Positions 1 through 14,607 of a DNA stretch of 64,000 nucleotides are shown here, one piece after another. Origin of the DNA: Adineta vaga (taxonomy: Eukaryota; Animalia; Rotifera); the NCBI GenBank assembly GCA_021613535.1, contig CP075494.1:7130001-7194000 (forward strand), given 5' to 3'. The position numbers and the translations under genes were made by a program. The notes under the pieces are model-generated. The model had not been told where the DNA came from, did not search any database, and saw nothing but the letters and a program-made list of their open reading frames with translations. Every line of letters begins with the position of its first letter. The first letter of the stretch is position 1.

Positions 1-1573
1 TAATTCTATACTATCTTCTAATTCATTCACAGAAAGATTATCATCATCATGTTCGACGAGAAGAAATTTTTCATGTTTTGTTTTCGATTTCATTTGATTA
101 TCATCGATACGAATGATATGAGGCCATTGATGAAGAAGTTTAGCAAAGAATGGATTCGTTACACCAATGATAATCTTTGGTGGTTGTGATGGTTTTGCAG
201 ATGAATTGAAAGTTATTTGATGGAATTCACTATTATGTATGGTAAAAAATGGATAATAGTCAGATGCATATCTTAATGGCCATATAATATGAACTGAAAT
301 AGAAGTAGAAAACATTTGTTAGATTCTGTTGGTATCAATTTTTTTGCAAAGAGGAAAAGAACTTACCGAGTGCTTGAACTGTTTGTGAACATTTCGTTGG
401 AAAACTTCCAAGAATAGCAATAGGTTCGTTCAGTAAAATCAATTCCCAAAGAAGTTGAATATGTGTTAAAACACATGACAAGGATCGATATGTATTAACA
501 TCATAGAGATATGGAATGAGACATGGTAATTGTTGTTCATATTTTGGTATCGATTCAACCATTGTACTATTGTTTGCCAACTAAATTAAAAAATTAATTC
601 AAGAATAATTAATCATGATATTTACTTCTGATTCAACATCATTCTTGGATGATAAATCAAATTCAATATCATCGTCGATAGGAAATTTCAATGATTGATT
701 AGTGGAATTTTGATTATGATTTGTATTTACTGTTTGAGTTCCATCAGCAATCGAACGAAATTGATTGATATCTGATGGTGAGAAAGGTTTATCACCATGT
801 GTTGGAATGCGTACTTGAAGTACAGTATCTAATAATGGTAATAGTAAAGTTTTGCCAGGTTCAAGTTCTGGCCATTGATGATCCATCAAATGACAACAGG
901 CTTCTAAACTTGCTAGGCCATTTTCAAAAAAGTTTCTTGCCAGTTGTTGAACAATCGTCAAAAACAATGAAATGAATGGTAATTTTGATAAAATAACAAA
1001 GGACTTTTGAAAAAAACCACGTTTTATTGACTTATCATGTATTTGACGAAAATTAGCATAACCAAATAGAATATTATTATCAACTTGTAATGCTGCTGGT
1101 ACAGTGGAATTATATAATTGATAATATGTTGTTAAATTTGATGATTCATGATTAAGACGAAAATGATATTGAAAATCACCGAGTGATGTGGAATTTGTAT
1201 CCGGAAATGCTAAGTAAGATAAATTCAATTTTTCTTTCTCCGTTAATTTACAATGAGTTGGTAGAAGAAATTCTATGGATTGTCCTAGTTCGAGATCAAA
1301 TGTCACAACAGCAATGCCATACAACCATTTTTGTAAACGATCCCATGGAAGAAGATTTGATGTTGTTGATGTCGATGGAGGTGATGATGGTAGTGATGCA
1401 GTCGTATGTGTTGATTGTGAAGCAAGATTTGATGACGAAGACGAACTATTTAAATGAGTGCGTGTTAAACGACGTTCAGTTGCCAATAGATCACGATCGG
1501 AATGGGAACGATGAAAGCCAGATGATGTTGGCGATAATGGTACAGCTAAACTCATGTTGCTAAGAAAAAACAT
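1..1573 (-). CDS. DENND6: DENN domain-containing protein 6 (FAM116-like Rab GEF), multi-exon, 3' part runs off the window start
   Basis: Motifs [46 protein letters not shown] and [14 protein letters not shown], then a further exon [13 protein letters not shown]...[21 protein letters not shown] (~100-290). GT-AG introns lie near 581-625 and 292-365. Confidence 0.88.
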
Positions 1574-2360
1574 ACGATAAACTTAAGTTTAAGGAAAAAC
1601 GTAAAAAGAAAAGAATGACAAATGATGTGGAGTAAATTGTTATCAAAAAATACCTTTGTCTCTCTAGGATATTTTGACGATAAGAACAACACTTCGTTAT
1701 TTAAACTTCATATCATCATACACTACAAATAGTTGATACTTAGTATGCATGCATAGACACAAAGAATTATTAGTAGTATTTATCTAATTAACATTTATGT
1801 TTATTCTAATCGTTATCGAACAATTAATTAGTATTAACATATACGTATTTATTTCAAGGTAAGTATTAGTAAATTTTCCATACACTTTATTGAAACTATG
1901 TACGTCATACAACCGTTTTTGTTAAAGAAATATTAACTCTAATAAAATCTGTTTTTCTTCTTTTCCAAGTGTGTGATTATTTGCATTTTAATAAAAAAAC
2001 AAAACAAGAACTCTCCTTCTAGGCAAAAAGACTTACTTTATCAAATCTCGTCGATAATCATGTCTAAAATAAAGCAAATAGAAAAACAGAAAATATTACA
2101 TGAAGAAATGAAAGGAAAACGTCACACTGTCTAGTTTATATTGTCACAAATATAAAGTTCTGAAAATACAAAAAAGAAAGAAAGAAAACGAAGAAACAAA
2201 TCACATGGAGAAAAGGGAAAAGAAAAGTACGTATAACAACCACGGCAAACACAAATACACACGGACATACATACTGTTGCACAACGTATAAATACGATTA
2301 ATAGAGAGAGAGAAAGAAAAATAAGACGATGAAAAAGAAAAATACAATATTTTATCTCTT

Positions 2361-3497
2361 TCAACGTATTGATGTTGTTGTTTTTGAATTTGATTTATTA
2401 GTTGTATCGTCTCGTTGACAGTAAAGTTCTTTCAATTGTCGTAATTCTTCAATTAAGGCTTTATTTTGAGCTTCTAGTCCTGCAACACGTTCTTCAAGAC
2501 ATTTAATATATTCTTTTTTTTTTCGACGACATTCACGTGCTGCTTCACTAAAACCAACAGAAAACGACGAAATAAACTAGTGATAAGAAGAAGATGAAGA
2601 AGAATCTTACCGGTTTTTTTGTAAACGCATTTCTCGTTTTCTTGTTGGATCACCGCCTTCTCCATGCCGTCGAGTTTGTTGATGTGGATGATGATGGTGA
2701 GGATGATGACTTGATGATGGTGGATTTGAAGAATTCGATGACGAAGATGGTGATGGTAAATCAGTATTTGATGATGGATTCATTTTATAATTCGATGCCA
2801 GATCAGTTAGACCTAAGATTTACAATGATACAGTTCTTCAAAACATTTCTGTACAATGACAATCATAATTAGAACTTCTATGATGTAATTTGGAGAAGGA
2901 TTCTTTAATCTCATTCAAGATTTATATACCTGAAACAAAATATGATCCAGTACCATCGGATAAATGAGCTGGATTTAATGTTGCCATAATATGACTACTT
3001 GTATTTGTCATTGGAATAACAGATAAACCATTCAATGTTTCACGAGAGTTGAGATGAACAGTAGTTACTACTGAAAAGAAGATCTATATATGAATATCTT
3101 AAATGGTACATAGAAATATGACACCTGTCGGTGCTGGTAATTGATTAATCTTCGTTTTTGATTGACTAAGTATTGAATATGTATTCTGTGAAGAATTATT
3201 TTCAAATTCTTCTTGTTTTATTGATTCACTTAATAATCTACTAAACAAGAGAAGAAAATGAACGATTGATAGTTTAGCATAATCTTTAACATACTTCACT
3301 GTCGGCTGAGTAATAATAGGTCTATTCGAATAGATTCTATTTGATTGTATAGGATCTAATGATGATGATGATGATGATGCAGTTGAATTCAAAGGCGTCG
3401 AAAGGATATAGGAAATCGACGGTGATTTTGTATCAATATTGGAATTAGTAGTAAATGATCGAATTGTTGGAATATGTATATAGTTTTTGTTGTCCAT
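2361..3497 (-). CDS. CREB/CREM/ATF1-family bZIP transcription factor, about 5 exons
   Basis: Spliced reading of 2610-2812 and 2361-2547 gives TRKREMRLQKNR|EAARECRRKKKEYIKCLEERVAGLEAQNKALIEELRQLKELY, the CREB-type bZIP. It is missed by the ORF track. The start Met (MDNKNY) is tentative. Confidence 0.85.
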
Positions 3498-4283
3498 GAA
3501 AATCCAATGAATTAAAGATGGTAAACATACTTGAAATGAAATATTTATCTTATATAAAAATAGAAAAACCAAGGTCGAACATTGAAAAAGAATTCTTTTT
3601 CAATAGAAATCCGTCGTATGAAATAGTCTATTCAAGAAATTCTTATCAAACTCTAGTTAATAGATTTTTATTAGGTAGAATTCGTCAGTATTAAAGAAAT
3701 CTATTTGTCTGACAGCTGTATACTCGTATGACGTCATTCAAATGTGTACGGATTCTTATATGTTAAAAATACTGACCAATAGAAATGCAATACGATAGAT
3801 GGAGATCTGTCGTTTAATTTATTAAATAGAAGATTAGAAGTCATTCATTTTCTATTCTATTAGAAGGGTCTTTTCACTTTATTTATAGATTTATATACAT
3901 ACTGTTGAGATGTGGCGACATCATTGGTTTTTCTTGTAGTAATATCTTTAGTTCAGTTTATCTCTATGGTTTTGTATTGAATACGAAATCATTCTGATGC
4001 TTTTATTACAGATAGATGTAAGATCTTCTTAGAAAAAGAGAATGCAACTACTTGAAATACGCTCGATGTATTTCTATCAGTCTTTTTTTCAAATTTCAAC
4101 ATACTTCAGTTTATATTTCTAGAAATTATTATGTAAAGAAGTTTTTAAATGTATATATATATATCTCTTCAATTTCTTTATTCATTACCAATAAAATTCT
4201 CTGTTTCTCTGACAACAAAAAAAAACGTGAACAATCAAGATGTTATTGTTGATGTGAAATGAAATTTATTCTTCTTTCTTTTC

Positions 4284-7200
4284 TTATTCTTGTAATGATT
4301 TCAATAAATTAGTAACTTCTTCAGCAACTGCAACAAATACAAATTGAAATTGATCCTAAATGATAGAAAAGAAATGTTTTTAATATAAAGTTTTATTTTT
4401 TCTCAAAGCATCTTCTCGTACTTTTGTTTTAACCATTTTTGCTCGTTGATCACGAATATGTTCAAGAGTGGCAGCTATGTTTATTTCTCGTGCTCCTTTA
4501 TAAATACGTTTTAGAACCATATCAAGTAAAATATAGGTGCCAGTACGTCCAACACCATCACTACATTCGAAAATGATATGAATATATAGTCATTTTTAAT
4601 CATTAATACATACTTGCAATGAACAACAATTGGTGACGATTGACCACGAAAGCATTTGTTTATTTTACTAAAAAAAATTAAAAAAAAAACATCGGTCAGA
4701 TAGAACAAACAATACCATCTATTCTATGAAAAATGTCTATAAAATAATAGATTCATATGTCATTCTCATCAGGTCGCTTTTGTGACTATGCAATTATTGA
4801 TTTCCAAATTGCATAATTTTCAAAAGCTGCCTAAAGAGAAGTCAAGTTTTCCTTGCATTGCATGTAAATGTTCATTAGTTGAACAAGAAAAGACGTCAAA
4901 TTATTAATTGTCCTCCCTAAAATGTATGCTTCCTTCTTCGTCTAAAGAAGAATAAATACAACTTAGTCACGTGCATCTATATTCATCTGAGACGATCAAT
5001 TATTTCTTTTTTTTGCTCTTATTAATTTGAAGTTCATGAATAAGAATAACTTTTTTCTATATATCTTTGTGACAAACGTTGAGTGTAAAGAAGAAGAAAA
5101 AAAAAACTTACCGTCGAAAATCAAGTATAGATCTAGCTGATGGTGGATTACATAATTCATCCCAAGTTAAAAAATGGAATTGAGTTACAGTGCGTGTTTC
5201 CATCGTTAGAAGATTTCTCAGATACAAACTGCGAACAACATAATCTTCGGACCAAATATGTTCAGAGACAAGATTGACCTTTGAAAAACAAACCATTTTC
5301 ATTCATACTTTTCAAAGATTTTCTTTTGTTTTACTTCAAAATCATTGAATTGTGCAGAACCTTCGATTGGCCAATAGTGATGGCACATTGTAATACCATT
5401 TTCAACTAGTAGTAAAAAACATATACATTAGAATAGAGAAAAAAAACACTTTGCTCTTAATACTTGGTCGATTCAATGCGACAATAACACATGATCCTTG
5501 TTCCCAAACCATTTGCCAGAATGCATTTGTTGTATTTGGCATGGGACCTTGTGTAGCGATATATTTGCATTTTGGATTAGAATCAAACTACATAGACATT
5601 GATTTAAATTATAAAACGTTGATGAGATATTCTTGCACTGAAACTTACAATTAGACTGGCATTTATATAATCACCATCATCGTTGTTTACCAGTCGAACA
5701 CGAGTATGATCATCTTTCGATGAGGAAGAGAAGAAAAAAAAATGAGAGGTATTCTTTTCTTTTGATGAGGATGTCTCTATTTGAATCCTGAGATAATATA
5801 TGAGTACATGCACAAGACTCCCTTCTTATGCATGCATGGAAAAAGGAAACGAGAAGGAGTTATAGTACTCAAATTTCGATTATCAGTTCTAATTAACAGT
5901 AGAGGAGAAAAAAAGAAGAAGAAGAAGAAGAAGAAAAGAAAAGACGCTTAGAAAAACTAGCATTTACCTTACTTTCTTTTCTCTTATTCTGTTTTCTGTA
6001 GTTAATTCACGGCTTCGTTTTTTTTTCAATAATAATGTTTAGCATATGTCTGATTCAATAACAACGACATTGATCAACTGTACTCATATAGATCAGAAGG
6101 AAAATAAATGTCAACGAATGTATATCTTTCATTATTTGAATGCAATGAGTACAATTAAGTTTGTTTAACTTACATGGTATACAATCAGTATGACGATTCT
6201 TTTTTTGATTTGTTTCCGAAAGTGCAATAGAACATGAGACTTGATCATCAGTTCTTTCATCAGTACATAATGATTGCCATTCACTTTCAAGACGATGTCG
6301 ATCACGTAAATGATCTTCCATATAAGACTAAAAATCAAATTCTTTCATAGTCAAAAAGAAAATGTTTAAATGAAACTACAAACTAGAATCAAATGTCCAG
6401 TCATAATATCCATATTCATTGAAGTAACTGGTTCTTCTATCCATGATGATGTCGAACTATGAGATGATGAATCTTCATTATCCTGTTCACCACGCGTATG
6501 TGTTGAAGTTTTTCGTTGAACTTCAGATGATTTACAATCTGTTGTTTGCATTCGCCGACGACATAGATCCTTTCAAAATAAAATTTATTCTCTAAATTTT
6601 CCTATGATTCGAATTGTCTTACTTGATAATCATCTGCTGAGCCATTTTTCATCCGTGTGATTTCTTCAAATTTCTTTCGGATCTTATCATTTCTTTTAAT
6701 GAAATAAAATAAAACAAATGATGCGAGAATGAAAAGAATCAAAACACAGGTAATCAATGTAATAACTGCCAGACGTGAACCATTTGGTCGTTCAACTGAT
6801 AATTGAGCACTCTTTGAAAAAAGAGAAAAGAGAAAAAAAATTTCTTTCTCCTTCTCCTCATTTTCTTTGTTCATATTAACATTCCATCTTTCATTTCATT
6901 GGAGAAATCTTATCATTTTGAATATTTTATATTTCTTTTTTTAGTTACAATCTTAACACAAAAGGTGTCATATAATTTTGTAAACGTTTCATAAAAAGAA
7001 GAAGAAGAAGAAGAAGAAGAAGGAGAAGGAGAAGACGAGAAATTAAAGATTTGTTCCTTTCGTTTTCTTCTATTGTGTTAATAAGTTGTCTACTAACAAG
7101 AGAGAAAAAAAAAGAGAAATGAAGCCTAGCTGCGCTGAATTATCAATTATGCATGCATTTGCGTGTGAATCTAATAGATGCTCAATCTTTGTTAGCGTGC

Positions 7201-10200
7201 TTCACTTGTATAACTAGCTATAGAAAAGTCACACCGACAGACAAATATGCATACAAAGGGAGGAAATATTCAATAGAAGTTTTTTCTTCTTCTATTCATA
7301 CATCTGTTTAGTAATTTTTGACAGAAATAAAAATGACAAGACTAGTATTCAGATATATGAAGTGAATAACAATGTAATCAATAGGATTGTTCACGATTTA
7401 TATACATTTGAACTTACTAGAAATGTTTAGATGTAAACAGGAAATATAATGTTTAACATAGTCGTCTGGTAATTAATCTACTCTATGATGGATAATAATA
7501 GGAAAGAAAAAAAAGAAGAGGAGATGCATTTCTATCTCCTATTCTTTTTATAAAGAGAAGAGAAAAAAAGCAGGAGAGGAACGATTCTTTCTTCTTCCCT
7601 CTTAGTTTAAACAAAAGAAATGAAAAAGATACAAAAAAGCTTTTCTTTTTTTTTCTTACTGTTCACTGTTATATAGTATTGTTCAACATCATCCATCATT
7701 TATAGATCATCTTGCTGTGTATGTCTGAGAGGTTCACACTGTCATTGTATTCTTTCTGATAGTGTATTCAAGCAACATGCCTGATGTATCTCGTTCGACA
7801 AGAAAAAAAAAGGAGTCAAGTATCGACAATAACCCTCAAGGCATCTTCTAATTGCAATCACTAGCCACTAGGAAGAAACTACACAATACTCAGATAATAT
7901 TTCTTATGTTTATCTCTTACTCGATTTGGATTACCAATACCAGCATCGATTATATGCATATCCAATTGATCTTCAATAAGATTTTCATTATGTCCTAGAA
8001 AGTAAACATATCGATGAAAAGTTTGAGAGTACTCTTTTTTTTTGTTTCAATGCATCAAAATATTTAACATATGATTATGCTGGTTATTGTCATTCTCCAG
8101 TTTACAGTTGTCTCTTGAGAACCAATGTAAGTGTGCAATTTATCAAAAAACGGACGGAAGACAAGAGGGAAAGGATGTACTATCTGTCCATCAAAAAAGA
8201 AGGAGAAGAAGAAGAACGAAGACAAAGACAAAAGCCATATAGAAAATGATGAAATTGGGCGGATAATTTTTTGAAATAATTAATAATAAAATAGATAGAA
8301 CGATGTCAGAGAAGGAAATGAACAGATCTGTAAAAGGAAATGACAACAGTCGACTGATTTAAAACAATGTTTAAAGATATAAATTAACCATGAAAATAAC
8401 TGTTTCAATGTTCAAAGTCAAAAATTTCTTCTTCTTTCTTTTTACGTCTAATTATGCATAATTTTTCATGCTTAAGATATTTAAATATGACATGTTTAAC
8501 TTTATTTCTTCTGACGTCAATGCTATATCATAGAAGACAAAACCGTATAGATCTATTTACACTTACGGATCGAATCAATAACATAACTTGCATTGATCCG
8601 ATAGACATTGTCTAAAACGTGAAATGTTAAAGTATGTTGTTCAGTACTAGATTGGAAAACAGATGAGATCAACAATAAGTTAGGAGATGAAGTTCATACA
8701 GACTTCAATTTGGTGAATAATGCAACTGGCCAAGAATTAATTTGCGTGATAAATGTTAATAATTCCGCTCCTTCTAATTCATTACTAAAACTATAAATAG
8801 ATCGAGATTAAATTATTGTAGATGAAAATGTAAACTCTACTTTCGATTGATAATAATATAACCATGATTGATATTGTTTGCAGTCATATTCAAAGTTTGA
8901 TTTTCTTTAATGATAAAAAATAGAAATTATTATTCACGTTTAAAGTTACTTTTAATTTGTTGATTGAAAATTGGTAATGCTTGTTTATTATTATTGATTT
9001 GTAATGTTTCGACTAAACCTGCATGTCCTTCATTCACCTGCGCGGATAATTTTGTCGGTTCTTTTAGAAATAAATTATTCAAGTAAATAAATGTTCAAAT
9101 AACTAACTTACTCATTTGAGATTCATCATCAATGAGTTTCAGTGGTTTTCTTACTGATACAACATCATTCTTACTGATATAGAATTGTTTTTTCGCTGTT
9201 GATTCCATTTTAGATGATTCAGTGATTTGCATAGATGATGGCGGTGTTATATCAACTAATCCATCTAGATTTATGAAGAGATTTTTCGGTTTAATTATTG
9301 GGATATTTGATTCATCGTAGTAAAATCCTAAGAGAATATCGATAGTTATGAATACCAATAAAATTATTATTAATTTACCAATATTTCTATTGCTTAAACG
9401 TTGTTCGAGACTATCTAGAATTTGATCTTTATGTAAACAATCTTTGTAGAACAATTCCAAATGATATTTATTCAAATGATGATGATGATTGGATAAAACT
9501 TGTAAGAGAATACATTGCGTCATAAAATCTTTCCAATCGAGATGATAACGATTTAAAAATTCGATTGTATATTCCAATGCTACTAGTTTATTCTTTGTCA
9601 ATCCATCTACTAATGTAAACACGTTTTTGATTGATCCATTTCCATCCCAACATTGCCCAAAGAGTGTATCTAAAGAAGAACAATACTTTCTGCTTTAAAA
9701 AGTAATACTTTCAATTTTCTACATGATGGAAACGAAGTCAACCTTAGCAAAACCTAATCGGTAGAATAATTAAACAGTTTTTAATAAGCTGTTTGTATGA
9801 AAGTTAACATTCTTCTTCTATATGTATTTAATATTATAGAAAACACTCAGACAATGTTTCACTTAAACAAATAAGACTATAATGTATGCTTTTTCTTCTC
9901 AAATGTATAGTATATAAACAGTAAAACGGAAGTCAATTCAAAGTTTCACATACTTCATCTATCGTTTTAAAGGAAACAATGAGAATTTTGTAGAAAAAAA
10001 GAAAAAATTTATCAGTAATTGTTACATCCTTCTAACTATGAATCATTTAATGTAAAACTTACCATCGAAACAAAGTTCATATTGATTGCAGATATTTGCA
10101 TCATATTTGCAACCTATTGTAGGAGAAGATCGTTTGATTTTATTCGAAACTAAAATGTGTCAAACCTAATAAACCTTCTAGAACGGAATCTTGTTCAGGT

Positions 10201-10403
10201 ATGAAGATTTTCTGATTGATCGATATGTCATTATTATTGAAATTGACATGTCGTTTTGAACGTTGTAATTTTACGTCATTATGGATCGTTTCCGTTGGTA
10301 GAGCGTGAAGAAAAATTGCGTTGTTTAAAATTAGTATGGATAGAATAGTGGCCAAATGGTGAGCAGTTAAGAGGAAGGAAAAAGAAAAGGACGTTTGAAT
10401 CAT
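4284..10403 (-). CDS. PTPRN: Receptor-type tyrosine phosphatase-like N (IA-2/phogrin family), many exons
   Basis: Signal peptide (10403), Cys-rich N-terminal exons ([22 protein letters not shown]), TM helix in 6602-6874, [70 protein letters not shown]|[14 protein letters not shown] and [15 protein letters not shown]. Confidence 0.93.
5914..5934. repeat. (GAA)n microsatellite in an IA-2 intron
   Basis: About 6-7 direct gaa repeats. Confidence 0.8.
6997..7034. repeat. (GAA)n/(GGAGAA) microsatellite in an IA-2 intron
   Basis: gaagaagaagaagaagaagaagaaggagaaggagaag. Confidence 0.8.
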
Positions 10404-11926
10404 GTTAAAAAAAATGGTATGACTAGATGAACACGATGTTGTTTGTGATTGTGATTATTTTGATGTTAACCATAGTTTTCTTTTACCAACCGGAAAAACG
10501 AGAAAAACTAGAAAGATGAAGAAGAAGAAAGAAAATGTTCTTGTTCGCTTAATAATTATGAATCGATAAAGACATTTCAAAAGGGATAAAGTTCTTTTTT
10601 TCTCTTCTTGATGTCCTGTGATTATTACGGATTAAACTCTTTGAGAAATAAAAAGAAAAAAAGGATGCTCTGTTAACAAGCCATGTGTTTTGTACAGAAA
10701 TGAATAAACTAAATTAGTGTCTTGTCGAAATGATGTTTTTAAATAGATTATGTGCTTTTTTTTCTCTTCATGTCAATCCCTTAAGCTTTGCTCTACTATT
10801 GTTATAATTGTTGTTCTTATTTTTCTTCTGAAACAGAATACTGATGAGCAACATGTTGAGCATCTTTGAAACCCACTGACAATAGGTGTGACAGCCCAAG
10901 AACGAACTAGTTATACTCCCATTAGGAAAACAACTCGAGAAAGAAAGGCGAAATATTCTTCTCTCATCTTAATTAACTAACAACATTTACACGCAAGACA
11001 CATCGGAACAAAACAGACAAGATTGTCACTATTATTGAAGTAGTCAGGAAAAAACTAGCAAATACTAACGAGTCAATCTACTAGAAAAACTAAAGAAGAA
11101 AATCGACATTCTTTTCTTTTTCTAAACATGCATTTAGATAAAAAGATAAAATATAAGAAGTATTATGCAGCTGTTCATTGCAATCTTCCAATGAATATTA
11201 TATTCATAAATAAAAAGAGAAATATAATTAGCTATCTATGACATTCAACCGATCAAGTTAAGATCTTGAAAAACTGCTGGAAAATATCGATTGATCTGAT
11301 GTATTGAAGTGTTCAACAGATTATCTTCTATCATATTTGTATCGATTTTAAAGGAACGGTTGAACTTTCACAATTAACATATTGTATAAAATAGTGAAAA
11401 ACAATCATTTTATCAGTAAATTGATCGATCATAGCGAAGATTTGAAGTAAGACGATCTGAAATTTTGGTATTGAAATTCCCATCAAATTCCTTTACATTC
11501 TCGTTCGAACAGTTTCAGTATATTCTATACGACAGGAACAAAAGAAACTCCGTTAGAGACTTCTTTCTATAATTAAACTTATTGAGAAAGATTATTAGAG
11601 TATAACTTTAGACAAAAAACAGCATTGAAAATAAATAGCTGAAATATGATTTTGCATCAAACGCGTAAGAAGATTAAAAAATAAGATTGAGAAGTCATTC
11701 TTTCCTAACGATTTCTATTACTACTTGTATAATAACAGATTAGATGAAAACAAAATGATTATTAATTATTTGATTATAATATAATCAGAATACCGACGAG
11801 ATATATATGCTCACTATCGTCAAATTATTCGTTAATAGATAGCTTTAAAATTTCAAAGTATATATTTGTTTATTTTTGAAGAAAAAAAAAGATTTTCAAA
11901 GAAAAAATTCATTGAATTTGTTAGAT

Positions 11927-12949
11927 TTAGTAATGATGATATTTTCTTTGAACTGGTCCTGAACTATTTAAAGCAAGTTGACGTACAGTTGGTAATTTAG
12001 AATCTCGATGTACAATTTTTTGAATTGTCCACAAACCTTCATAAACATCGGTTGAATGAGTAAGACGACTATCTTTTAAATAATCGAATGGTATACGAAA
12101 ATAACCATCATAACCCTGAATATATAAATAGATAAAAATAAATAGTAAATAATCGATTAAAAACAAACCCATCCGTCTCCCCATGAATTTCGTACAAGAA
12201 ACACTTGTCTTTTTAGATCATATCCAACAATAAGAACAGCATGAGAAACAGTTCGTCCTATGAAAGTATTATCACGAGCAGGAATACTTAAAACTCCTCC
12301 ATTATCTTGAACATCTCTTCCAGCATCTTGAACCATTTTAATACTAATGACTATGGGAAGTCGATTATGTAAACATCTTAAAATCGGTTCAATACCAAAT
12401 GGTATTTTCAATAAAATAACAGTGTATTTAGAAGCTTCATCATATGCTCTGGATGAAGGTTCTTGATTCAATAATCTGTGCTCATAGGGCCATGTTCTTT
12501 CATCACAAACTCCGTATTTTCTTATACCTAGAGCAACATCTTTCGGTTCTGATCCTGAATCTTGAACGTGAATTGTTCTTTGTTCCATAATTTGTGCATT
12601 ATAATAGATAAATAAACGTGAAACATCAAAATGACGCCCAGTATTTAATTTAATTAGATATTCACAAACACCAGCAAATGCATTTGCACAACTAAAATAT
12701 AAAAATTTTTAAAATAAATATAAAGAAAAAACGAATCTCTAACCATGTATTCATATCTTGTTGATGTTCAATTGGTGTCATCCATCGACGTAGATCAATT
12801 CTACTGGATAATGGTTTGTTTGGAAATGAATATGATCTCATACTAGGAACTTGTTTATATCGATCTTCATCTTTCCGTTTTGATCTGTATTTATATGATG
12901 AATTGTATAAAAATGGATTGAATCTACTTGCAAATCCATTGAAGTACAT
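11927..12949 (-). CDS. Papain-family C1A cysteine protease of bacterial/xylellain-like type, 3 exons
   Basis: RIDLRRWMTPIEHQQDMNT|CCANAFAG (catalytic Gln and Cys), DVSRLFIYYNA, GVCDERTWPY, HAVLIVGYD (His) and FLVRNSWGDGW|GYDGYFRIPFDYL (Asn). Two short GT-AG introns at ~12692-12743 and ~12116-12169. Confidence 0.88.
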
Positions 12950-13675
12950 TATATATCTTTTGTCTACTTAATAATAAATAAACCAATGATTAAAACATGC
13001 TCCTATTCTCATTTTATAGAGAAAAAGGGAATTATTCAAGCGTGGTTAATTGAGCTTTTTGACTTCCTTTTTCTCCTAAAGGTAAATAAATATGTAATTA
13101 AGTCTCTTCAAAAACACCAAAACAAGATTTCACCTTGACTTTTGTGTCTTATTTTTGAAAAAAGTTATTTTCATTTTAATTATTTACTGGTAAATTATCC
13201 AACATCATTTCCCAATCAATTACGTTATATTTTCAAGTTAACGAATGATTCAGAACATATCATCGCATTTGATATTTTATCTTTTTAGTGACATAGCGGT
13301 GTCCCAAATGATACTGCTTCACGATTCGATAGATAGTTGATTTTAATGATGATATTTTGATGCAAACAAAGTAATTATGATCAAAACAAATAATGTGAAA
13401 GATGTTGATTAATCACACTTTTCGATATGATATCTTTGGATCATATTCTGTTTCTATTCTCAAAAATGATTTTTTGCAATCTGACAAAATTAAATGATGT
13501 ATCGTTACTAATTTATTCTTTCGTTTCAAACAAATTTAGCGAAAAGAATGTGCCATAATAATTAGACTGACTATCTAATCACTCAGACAGCTTGACGATT
13601 ATATATATATTCATTAAAATGACAATAAAAATTCTGTATATAATAGAAAGAAAAGTTTTTCGAAAAAAGAATTGT

Positions 13676-14607
13676 TTATTCAAGTTTTCTTCGACTAGCT
13701 GTAAATCGTTGCATATACTAAAAATAAGAAAATAGACATTGATGGATAAAATTTTGAGTATTTACTTGTTCGTATCCTTCTTTTCCTTGAAAAGCTTTTT
13801 CATCAAATCGATTTCCTTCATATGAAAGTAAAGATAAATTTGAATCTGTTAGTAATCCATTTGGAATAACATCAAGTAAAATATTATTTCTATTTAGACG
13901 TAAAGTTTTCAAACGAGGACAGAAACGTATATGATCAGAAATTTTATTGATCTAAAAAGATATGAAGTATAAAGAAAGAATAAAAAGATGATCCTACTCG
14001 ATTATCATTGAGATTTAATTCGTCAACTTGAAGTGTTTGTATTTGATCTGGAATTTGTGTAATTTCATTCGATGATAGATCGAGTAATTGTAAATTTTGT
14101 AATTTAAGTATTGATTCTGGAATAGTAGTAAAATAATTATGTGATAAAGTTAAATGTCGTAAACTATTTAAATTAGCGAATGAAGATGGTAATGTACGAA
14201 GTTGATTTTGACTCAATTGAATATTTTCAAGTTTTTTCAATTGACCAAAACAATCAGGTAGTTGACCTAAATATTAAAGTGATAAGAAACAAAACAATTA
14301 GAATACATTCATAGTCTTACCGATTTGATTATTTCGAATACTTAAGTTTTTTAGATTAACCATTAGACTGATTTCTGTTGGAATCGTTTGTAGTTCGTTA
14401 TCATTTAATGATAAAGTACGTAAACCAGGCAGACAAAGAGCAGGACTTATCTAACGATTAATTTGAATGAAAATATATTCTTTTTCCACAAATATATCTT
14501 ACTTCTTTCAATTTTTTATTATCATATTGAAGTACACCTGTTTTTGTAGCTGTTTCAATATGTTTCTTCAGTGCACTATTAGTTGTAACACTATTATTAT
14601 TTCCCAT
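13676..14607 (-). CDS. LRRC57: Leucine-rich repeat protein 57, 5 exons
   Basis: N-terminus MGNNNSVTTNSALKKHIETATKTGVLQ (myristoylation-type MG start), LRRs, CPRLKTLRLNRN, and C-terminus GYEQ|YMQRFTASRRKLE*, matching recalled LRRC57 termini. Confidence 0.85.

Noticed and set aside
5108-5180. IA-2 WPD loop reads WDE and the active site reads HCSDG
   Set aside because: Catalytic impairment is normal for the IA-2/phogrin family, so it is not novel.
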